DNA from: Chloroflexota bacterium
GTDB taxonomy: Bacteria > Chloroflexota > UBA11872
Reading direction: 5' to 3'
DNA: 64,000 nucleotides
Assembly: GCA_022825895.1 (NCBI GenBank)
Contig: JAJDVX010000041.1
Span: 6,944-70,943 of the forward strand
In this document: in pieces, positions 19,201 through 26,503 of the stretch
Numbering within the stretch: position 1 is the first letter of the stretch
Layout: every line of letters starts with the position of its first letter
Translations under genes and position numbers: made by a program
Notes under the pieces: model-generated
What the model was told of the DNA's origin: nothing
Database searches by the model: none
Seen by the model: the letters and a program-made list of their open reading frames with translations, nothing else

Positions 19201-19575
19201 ATGGGGATTTTCCGGCGACTCTTCGGCGGCGGCAGCGGGGAACCGAAGGAACCCGTCGACAGCGCGTGGCACTTCTACGTGAAGAGCAAGTACGCGGACG
19301 AGATCATCGACATCCGGGTGGACCCGAATGCCGACCTGTCGCCGGAGTTCGACGGACCGGGTGACAGCGCCTCCCATTACACGACGAACAAGGACATCAT
19401 TGGGGCCAAGAGTTTCCGAACCATCAACCTTTACCTCGTCTTCGACTCCAGCCGGGCGTTTACCGGCGACTACACGATCGAGGGCGGTGAACTGGTCGAT
19501 CAGGCGGCCTACGATGCCTGGAAGGCACGAGAGACAGCCGGAAGCAGCGGCGACGGCGGCACGGACGAGGGATAG
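19201..19575 (+). CDS. Hypothetical protein (124 aa)
   Basis: GGAGG RBS, strong coding codon usage, N-terminal amphipathic MGIFRRLFGG. Confidence 0.8.
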   Translation: MGIFRRLFGGGSGEPKEPVDSAWHFYVKSKYADEIIDIRVDPNADLSPEFDGPGDSASHYTTNKDIIGAKSFRTINLYLVFDSSRAFTGDYTIEGGELVDQAAYDAWKARETAGSSGDGGTDEG

Positions 19576-19605
19576 CTCGCCAAGATTCTTTCGGGCGCCG
19601 GCGCG

Positions 19606-20991
19606 GTGACCGTTGCCCGGGCGCCCAACGGGCGGGCATGGCTGACGGCGCTCGCGGCGCTGGCCGCTGCCGCCTTCCTGGCGGGCCTGCTGAGCGGCGC
19701 ACGGCCGCCGCCGGCCGCGATGGCGGGAGGCATTGCCGTCCTGGGCGCGCTCGTCGGATTCGCGCGTCCGGCGGGTGGACTCGCCGCGGCGCTGCTGCTG
19801 GCGTTGCTGGCGCCGTTTCTGGTCGTGCCGCAACGAATCGGTGTGCAACCACCGGTGCTGGACGTGGTGGTTGCGGCGACCTCCCTGGGCATTGCGGTGC
19901 AGGCGATTCGGCGTGGACGCGGCGTTGTGCGCGCGTGGCCGCGGATTCCGCGCTGGCTTGTGCTCGTCGTGGCGCTGGGGGCGGTGCTGCCGTTGGCGTC
20001 GGGCGCGGCAGCTTATGCCGCGTCGAGCGACAGGGACGCGACGCAGGTTGCGGTCAAGATGTCCCTGTACGGGCTGACGCCGCTGATGGTGGCGCTTACC
20101 TGCCGTTCGGCCAACGTCTACCGGCGCGCCACAACGCTGGTGGTTGCGGCGACCGGGTTGCAGGCGCTGACCGCCATTGGCCTTCACCTCGCGGGGCCCG
20201 GCGGCATTGAGGCGCTGCGGTCGTTGGCCGCGGCGGGATACCCGTCCACGAATGTCGCGCGGTTTCTCCCGGATGAAACCACGCGTCGCGCCACGGGCCT
20301 TCTGGTCGACCCCAACGTCCTGGGCGTCACCCTGGCGGCCGCGCTGCCGTTTGGCTTGACGTGGTTTGGGCGCGGCGGTCGCCGCGCGGCTTTCGGAGCG
20401 GCGGCCGTGATGGTGATTGGCCTGGCATTGGCGCTGACGATTTCGCGAGCGAGTTGGATTGCCGCCACCGTGGGGCTTCTGATCTGGCTGGCGCTGGTCC
20501 GACCGCGGGCGGCCGCTCTGGCGGCGGCGCTGCTGGGCGGCGCCGTGTTGGTTGCGCCGGTGGATCCCTTCGAGCGAATTCGCCAGGGGCTCCTTGGCGC
20601 CGACCGCTCCGGGGCGCTGCGAATCGGCGAGATTCGCGAGGCCACGCGGGTTATCAGCCGGTTCCCGCTGCTGGGCGTGGGCTACGGCGACGCCCCGCAT
20701 CCGGACATTTTTGCGGGCGTATCGAATGCGTGGTTGTGGCTGGCCGAGCGCGCGGGCATCGCGGCGGCGCTGGCGCATCTGGCCCTGGTGGGCGGCGCGG
20801 CCCTGACGGCTGTGCGGACCAATGCCGCCGATCCGGCCTTGCGGCCGCCGCTGGCTTCACTGGCGGCGTTTGCCGCGGCCGGCGTGTTTGATCACCACAT
20901 CGTGAGCTTTCCGCACCTGGTGTTTCTGTTGGGCGGGCTCGCGGGACTGATCGCGGCCCGTGCGTCCGACTCCGAGGCGCGCGCGGCTTGA
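19606..20991 (+). CDS. O-antigen ligase/Wzy_C-family polytopic membrane protein
   Basis: Many TM helices; RATGLLVDPNVLG, LTISRASWIA, R...PLLGVGYG, SNAWL. Confidence 0.82.
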   Translation: MTVARAPNGRAWLTALAALAAAAFLAGLLSGARPPPAAMAGGIAVLGALVGFARPAGGLAAALLLALLAPFLVVPQRIGVQPPVLDVVVAATSLGIAVQAIRRGRGVVRAWPRIPRWLVLVVALGAVLPLASGAAAYAASSDRDATQVAVKMSLYGLTPLMVALTCRSANVYRRATTLVVAATGLQALTAIGLHLAGPGGIEALRSLAAAGYPSTNVARFLPDETTRRATGLLVDPNVLGVTLAAALPFGLTWFGRGGRRAAFGAAAVMVIGLALALTISRASWIAATVGLLIWLALVRPRAAALAAALLGGAVLVAPVDPFERIRQGLLGADRSGALRIGEIREATRVISRFPLLGVGYGDAPHPDIFAGVSNAWLWLAERAGIAAALAHLALVGGAALTAVRTNAADPALRPPLASLAAFAAAGVFDHHIVSFPHLVFLLGGLAGLIAARASDSEARAA

Positions 20992-22055
20992 GAACCGTTG
21001 CGCTGGACGGGCGAATGCTCCGCCACGATCGGGCGGGCATCGGTCGCTACATCTGGCGGTTGCAGGAGGCGCTGGCCGCGCTTCCGCGGCAGGCCATGGA
21101 TCTTGCGTTGCTGGTGGACCGGCGCGGCGGGCTGCCGGGCAAACCCGCGCTGCGGGCGCGGCCGGTTTTTGCCCCAGTGCGGGGCCGGCCGGAACGGATC
21201 CTGCTGCCGCACGCACTGCGCGGGGCCGACCTGGCGCACTTTCCAGATCATGGAATCCCCGACGGATGCACGTGTCCGGCGGTGGTGACGGTTCACGACA
21301 TTTCGTTCCTGACGCACCCCGAGACTCATTCCGCTACCAGCCGACGCTATTACGAACGCGCGATTCAGACTCTTCGGCGCGCGCGAGCAGTGATCGTTCT
21401 CTCGAAGCACGCGCGAGCGGCGCTGGTGGGTCGGGGTCTTGCGGACGCCGCGCAGGTGACAGTTATTCCGAATGCGCCGGGTCTGCCGGCACCAGGGCCA
21501 GGGTTGAGATCCCGGGCCTGGCCCGCGCCGTATGCGCTGATGGTTGGAACGATTCAACCGCGCAAGAACATTGCCCTGGCGGCGCGCGCCTATGCCGCAG
21601 CGGCGTTTGCCCGGCGCGCAACGCTGCTGATTGCCGGGTCCATTGGCTACCGTGGGCCGGAGATCGTCCGCGCCGTGCAGGACGAGCACGGCGCCGGATC
21701 CGTGCGGTTTCTGGGCCGGGTGAGCGACGACATGCTGGTTCGCCTGCTGGCCCAGGCGGAGTTTCTGCTGATGCCGTCGCTCGACGAAGGGTTCGGTCTG
21801 CCGGCAGTGGAGGCCATGTCGTGCGGGACGCCTGTCATCGCGGCGCGGGCGGGCCCCGTGCCGGACGTCGTGGGCGACGCTGCGGTGCTCATCGAGCCCG
21901 ATGACCGCGAGGCGCTGACCGCGGCCATCGATCGACTGGGCGACGACGCGGAACTGCGCGCCGCGCTTGGCGCGCGCGGCCGAGCCCGGTCCGCTGCGTT
22001 CAGCTGGGAGCGAACGGCGCGCGCGACGCTGGCGGTGTACGAGGCCCACGCATGA
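20988..22055 (+). CDS. Glycosyltransferase family 4
   Basis: VVTVHD, VGTIQPRKN, PSLDEGFGLPAVEAM (ExxxxxxxE), FSWERTAR. Confidence 0.93.
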   Translation: MRTVALDGRMLRHDRAGIGRYIWRLQEALAALPRQAMDLALLVDRRGGLPGKPALRARPVFAPVRGRPERILLPHALRGADLAHFPDHGIPDGCTCPAVVTVHDISFLTHPETHSATSRRYYERAIQTLRRARAVIVLSKHARAALVGRGLADAAQVTVIPNAPGLPAPGPGLRSRAWPAPYALMVGTIQPRKNIALAARAYAAAAFARRATLLIAGSIGYRGPEIVRAVQDEHGAGSVRFLGRVSDDMLVRLLAQAEFLLMPSLDEGFGLPAVEAMSCGTPVIAARAGPVPDVVGDAAVLIEPDDREALTAAIDRLGDDAELRAALGARGRARSAAFSWERTARATLAVYEAHA

Positions 22056-23266
22056 GGATCCTGGCCGTCACCTCCACGCCGCCGTGGCCGGCGACGCACG
22101 GCGCGGCGATTCGCAACGGCCTGCTGCTGGAGGCGCTGGCACGCGAGCACCGCGTTGACCTAGTGACGCTGGACCGTCCGGGCGCGCCGGCGGTTCCCGC
22201 GCCACCCGGCATCGGTAGGGTCGTCCAGGTTCGGGCGGCGCCACCGAGCAATTGGCGGCGGCTGCGAGGCGGGTGGCGGGGCGGTGTTCCCGACCTGCTG
22301 ATTCGCCACGGATCTCGAGTCCTGCGGGGCCGTGTCCAGTTGCTCCTCAGCAGCGGCGCCTATGACGCCGTCCACGTGGCGCAGGTACAGCTGGCACCGC
22401 TGATACGCGACGCGCGGACCGCGTCGCCGGGGACGTCCAGGCGACCGCGCGCGGTCTACGACGCGCATAACATCGAGTGGAAGCTACAGGCGGCGCTGGC
22501 GGACGCCAGCGCCTGGCCGCGGGCGCTCTGGGCTCGGCGGCAGGCCGGGCTGTTGCGTCGGGTGGAAGCCTGGATTGCGCGGACGGCCGACCTGGTCGTC
22601 GCGTCGTCGACCGCCGACCGGGTCGATCTGGTGGCCCTGGGCGCCGCCTCGCCGATGTATATCCCTCACCCGGTACCGATCGGGGCGGTGAGACCGGGCA
22701 GCGGCGATCGGGCCGTGAATCCGCGCGTTCTGTTTGCGGCGAATTTCGCCTACCGTCCTAACATACTGGCGGCGGAATGGCTGTTTGGCCGGGTGTGGCC
22801 AGCCATTGCGCGCGAGTTGCCGGAGGCCGAGTTACGAGTGGTTGGTCCGCAATCGGAGCGCCTGCGACCGATCGTTCCCGTGCGTACAACCCTGGGCGGA
22901 ACCGTGGACGACATCGAACGCGAGTACCAGTTGGCGTGGATGGCCGTTTCCCCCACCTCGGTCGCGGGGGGCGCGCCGTACAAGGTTCTCTCGGCCCTGG
23001 CCGCGGGCCGGCCGGTGGTGGCGCGCAAGCAAGGCTATGTTGGCCTGCCCGCCGGCGACGGGACAGGCGTGATGCTTCCCGAACGGCCCGACGAGTTTGC
23101 GGCCGCCGTGACTGGTCTGGCACAGGATCCCGAGTTTTATCAGCGCACGGCGAGTGCCGGCTTCGCGTTCGTGAAGACCGAGCACGACGCCGCGATGGTG
23201 GGTGGGCAGCTTCTGGATGCGTACGCGCGCCTTGAGGCACCGGCGATTGTGGACGGGGCAGCGTGA
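22052..23266 (+). CDS. Glycosyltransferase family 4-like
   Basis: PWPATHGAAIR, DAHNIE, YRPN, KVLSALAAGRPVV. Confidence 0.82.
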   Translation: MRILAVTSTPPWPATHGAAIRNGLLLEALAREHRVDLVTLDRPGAPAVPAPPGIGRVVQVRAAPPSNWRRLRGGWRGGVPDLLIRHGSRVLRGRVQLLLSSGAYDAVHVAQVQLAPLIRDARTASPGTSRRPRAVYDAHNIEWKLQAALADASAWPRALWARRQAGLLRRVEAWIARTADLVVASSTADRVDLVALGAASPMYIPHPVPIGAVRPGSGDRAVNPRVLFAANFAYRPNILAAEWLFGRVWPAIARELPEAELRVVGPQSERLRPIVPVRTTLGGTVDDIEREYQLAWMAVSPTSVAGGAPYKVLSALAAGRPVVARKQGYVGLPAGDGTGVMLPERPDEFAAAVTGLAQDPEFYQRTASAGFAFVKTEHDAAMVGGQLLDAYARLEAPAIVDGAA

Positions 23267-24204
23267 CGGTCGCGGTCTGCGCGACGGTCAGGAATGAAGC
23301 GGCGGACGCGGCGACGCTGGTTGCGAGCCTGCGGGAACAATCGTTGGCAGCCGACGAGATCGTGATCACGGACGGCGGGTCCACCGACGGGACGTTTGAG
23401 GCCTTGCGCGCGGCCGCGGCGGGTGATGCACGGATCACGCTGCTGCGCGCGCCCGGGACAAATATCGCCGCTGGACGGAACCGCGCCATCGCGGCGACCG
23501 AGGCGCCGCTGGTGGCGGTGACCGATGCGGGGCTGCAGCGATCGCCGCACTGGCTGGAATCGCTGGTCGCGACGGTGGAGCGGGAGCCGCTGGCGGCCGG
23601 GTCGTACGGTTACATCCTGGCGGCGCCGGCCACGACGTTCGAGGCTGCGCTGGGCGCGGTGGCGCTCCCGCTGGCATCGCAGATCGACCCAGGGGGATAT
23701 CCGCCGAGCAGCGGGTCGGCGTTGTTTCGACGCGCGTGGTTGCAGCGGGTTGGCGGATATCCCGAGTGGCTGGCGCACGGCGAGGATCTCTGGCTGGATC
23801 GCGAGATCTGGCGCGCCGGTGGGTGGTTTCGCCATGCTCCGGGCGCCGATGTCGGGATTCGCCCGCGTTCCACGGTGTCGGCCTTTTTCCGGCAGTATTT
23901 CCTGTACGCGGCCGGTGACGGACACGCCGGAATGCTCCAGCCGCGCCACGCGCTGCGCTACGGGGCCTATGCCCTTGGGCTTGCGCTGCTCCTGGCGCCC
24001 GCGCCGGCGTCGCGGATCGTCCTGGCGCTGTTGGCCGGCGTCTACCTGGGCCGCTGCATGCGCCGCGTGCCGGCGATGGCCCGAGATAGCGACGCCGCCG
24101 ATCCGTCAATTGCCGCTGCCTTCGCACCGTTCCTGCGAATCGTGGGCGATGTGGCCAAGATGACGGGGTTCGCGGCAGGCCTGTCGCGCCGGTTGCGTCG
24201 ATGA
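23263..24204 (+). CDS. Glycosyltransferase family 2 with C-terminal TM segment
   Basis: TVRNEA, TDGGSTDGT, NIAAGRN, TDAG, GGYPEWLAHGED. Confidence 0.9.
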   Translation: MTVAVCATVRNEAADAATLVASLREQSLAADEIVITDGGSTDGTFEALRAAAAGDARITLLRAPGTNIAAGRNRAIAATEAPLVAVTDAGLQRSPHWLESLVATVEREPLAAGSYGYILAAPATTFEAALGAVALPLASQIDPGGYPPSSGSALFRRAWLQRVGGYPEWLAHGEDLWLDREIWRAGGWFRHAPGADVGIRPRSTVSAFFRQYFLYAAGDGHAGMLQPRHALRYGAYALGLALLLAPAPASRIVLALLAGVYLGRCMRRVPAMARDSDAADPSIAAAFAPFLRIVGDVAKMTGFAAGLSRRLRR

Positions 24205-25097
24205 CGACGGCCAGCCCGGACGTGGCCGTGGTGATAACCACCTACAACGTCCGTCCTCTGCTGGAGCGATGCCTGGATAGCCTGGACGCCGCCCGCGGAT
24301 CGCTGGTTACTGACGTCGTGGTGGTGGACAACGGTCGTGGCGACGACACGTGGCCGATGCTGCTGGCTCGCGATGACGTGCGCGCCATTCGCGGCTCGCC
24401 GGATCTGGGATTCGGGGGCGCCAATAACATCGGGGCGGCGGCGACGGACGCGCCGCTGGTGCTTTTCCTGAACCCGGACACGGAGCCGGAGCCGGGTTCG
24501 ATCCAGACCCTGGCCGAGGAGCTCAACCGGCGACCCGCAGCCGCGGCAGCCGGCCCCCGGCTGTCACTTCCCGACGGCGGGCTGGATCCCGCCGCCCGGC
24601 GGCACTTTCCGCGTCCGGGAAACGCGTTGCATCGTCTGCTGGGGTCGCCGCGCCTGCTGGGACCGCGGCCGGCCCGGCCGTATAACGCCGGCGACCCGGC
24701 GGAGGCCTCCGTGAGCGAGATCGATGCGGTGTCCGGGGCATGTCTCCTGGTTCGTCGCGAGGCCTTCCAGGCCGTTCGAGGCTTTGACCCCAGTTTTTTC
24801 ATGTACGGCGACGATCTGGACCTGCAGCGGCGAATTGCCAACAACGGCTGGACGTCGCTCTACGTGCCCGCGGCCCGCGTCTGGCATCACAAGCGGCAGT
24901 CGTCGCGGCAGCGCCCGTTGCGCACACGGTTTGAGTTTTACCGGTCGATGTGGCGCTATTACGCGAAACACCACGATGAGGATCCCTGGCCGCTGCGGCT
25001 CCTGGTCCTGGGGGCGATAGCCGTTGTGGGGTGTGGCGGCGTGTTGCGCGCGCTCGCAGCCGCGCGACCCGCGCGAACGGAGCGGCCGGCGTGCTGA
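24201..25097 (+). CDS. Glycosyltransferase family 2 (WbbL/rhamnosyltransferase-like)
   Basis: VVVDNG, GFGGANN, FLNPDT, SGACLLVRR, FDPSFFMYGDDLD. Confidence 0.88.
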   Translation: MTTASPDVAVVITTYNVRPLLERCLDSLDAARGSLVTDVVVVDNGRGDDTWPMLLARDDVRAIRGSPDLGFGGANNIGAAATDAPLVLFLNPDTEPEPGSIQTLAEELNRRPAAAAAGPRLSLPDGGLDPAARRHFPRPGNALHRLLGSPRLLGPRPARPYNAGDPAEASVSEIDAVSGACLLVRREAFQAVRGFDPSFFMYGDDLDLQRRIANNGWTSLYVPAARVWHHKRQSSRQRPLRTRFEFYRSMWRYYAKHHDEDPWPLRLLVLGAIAVVGCGGVLRALAAARPARTERPAC

Positions 25098-26503
25098 TCT
25101 GGGCTCGGCGCAATTGGGGCGCGATCGTGTCCACGCTGTCGCTCGGGGCCGATGTGGTGACGGTGGTGCTGGCTCTGGTCGCCGCCTACTACATGCGGTA
25201 TCGCTTTGGATGGTTTGAGGGGACGCCGCCGAACCGATTTCTTTTCCTTGCGCCCGTGACCATTTCATTTGCCGTGGCCACCGTGATCGGCGGACTGACG
25301 GTGGGCATGTATTCGAGATTCCGGACGGCGGGGCCATTTGACCGGGTGGCGCGCAGCGCCGGCATGGTGACCATCGGCGCGTTGCTGGCGGTTGCCGCGA
25401 CGTTTTTTGTGTTTACCGACCGGCTGGAACCCGTGCGAAACGTGATGCCCATCGCCTGGCTGCTTGGCATCGTGTTCGTTGCGATCGGCCGGTCTTTGCT
25501 GGCCGGGCTGCTGAGGATTCTGGCCGTGCTTGGACACGGGGTGCAGCGGGTGCTCGTGATCGGTGCGGGGGGCGAAGGCCGTGAGGTCGGCGGGCGACTG
25601 CTGGGGGATCCGAGTCGGCGCTATCAGTTGGTGGGATTCGTGGACGACTTCGAATCGCAGGTGACCATTGGCGAACGGGACATCCCGGTGTTGGGTACGT
25701 CCGCGGTGCTGGCGGACATTATTGCGGAGCACGAAATCGACAAGGTGGTTGTGGCTATTCCTTCGCTTTCCCACGATGATCTGCTGTCGATTCTTGCCGA
25801 AGTCGAGGCGTCGTACGCCGACGTCTGGCTCCTACCCGATCTCTTTCAGCTCATGGTGTCGCCGGTGACCGAAGGCGGCGTGCGAGGGCTTCCGCTGATT
25901 GCCGTGAACGAGGTTCGGCTGCGGGGTCTGAGTCGATTCAGCAAGCGAATGCTCGACCTGGTGGTGGCTTCGATCGTGCTGGTGGTGGCATCGGCGCCTC
26001 TGCTGCTCATCGCTCTCATCATCAAGCTAGACTCCAAGGGACCAGCGTTTTACGTGCAGACCCGGGTGGGCCGCGACGGGCGGCCGTTTCCGATCGTGAA
26101 GTTCCGAACGATGGTCAGCGGCGCCGATGCGTATGGACAGACCTGGACGGTTGCCAACGATCCGCGGCAGACGCGCGTCGGTCGAATCCTCCGGCGCTAC
26201 TGGATTGACGAATTGCCACAGCTCTTGAACGTGATACGCGGCGACATGAGCCTGGTTGGACCGCGTCCGGAGCAGCCCGACTACGTGGCCAGGTTCCGTG
26301 GCGAGTTCTCCCGCTACATGGTCCGCCACCGGGAACGCGCCGGCGTCACGGGTTGGGCCCAGGTGAATGGCATGCGCGGCGATTCGTCGATCGCCGACCG
26401 CACGCGCTATGACTTGTACTACGTTGAGAACTGGTCGGTGCTCTTTGATCTGAGGATTCTGTTGCGCACACTGCTGATTGTGATCCGCGGCGATGCGAAC
26501 TAG
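25091..26503 (+). CDS. Polyprenyl-phosphate sugar phosphotransferase (WcaJ/WbaP/WsaP-like initiating transferase)
   Basis: Four N-terminal TMs, CoA-binding-like domain, KRMLDL, KFRTM, DELPQLLNVIRGDMSLVGPRPE, GVTGWAQV; start set at GTG 25091. Confidence 0.93.
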   Translation: MLIWARRNWGAIVSTLSLGADVVTVVLALVAAYYMRYRFGWFEGTPPNRFLFLAPVTISFAVATVIGGLTVGMYSRFRTAGPFDRVARSAGMVTIGALLAVAATFFVFTDRLEPVRNVMPIAWLLGIVFVAIGRSLLAGLLRILAVLGHGVQRVLVIGAGGEGREVGGRLLGDPSRRYQLVGFVDDFESQVTIGERDIPVLGTSAVLADIIAEHEIDKVVVAIPSLSHDDLLSILAEVEASYADVWLLPDLFQLMVSPVTEGGVRGLPLIAVNEVRLRGLSRFSKRMLDLVVASIVLVVASAPLLLIALIIKLDSKGPAFYVQTRVGRDGRPFPIVKFRTMVSGADAYGQTWTVANDPRQTRVGRILRRYWIDELPQLLNVIRGDMSLVGPRPEQPDYVARFRGEFSRYMVRHRERAGVTGWAQVNGMRGDSSIADRTRYDLYYVENWSVLFDLRILLRTLLIVIRGDAN

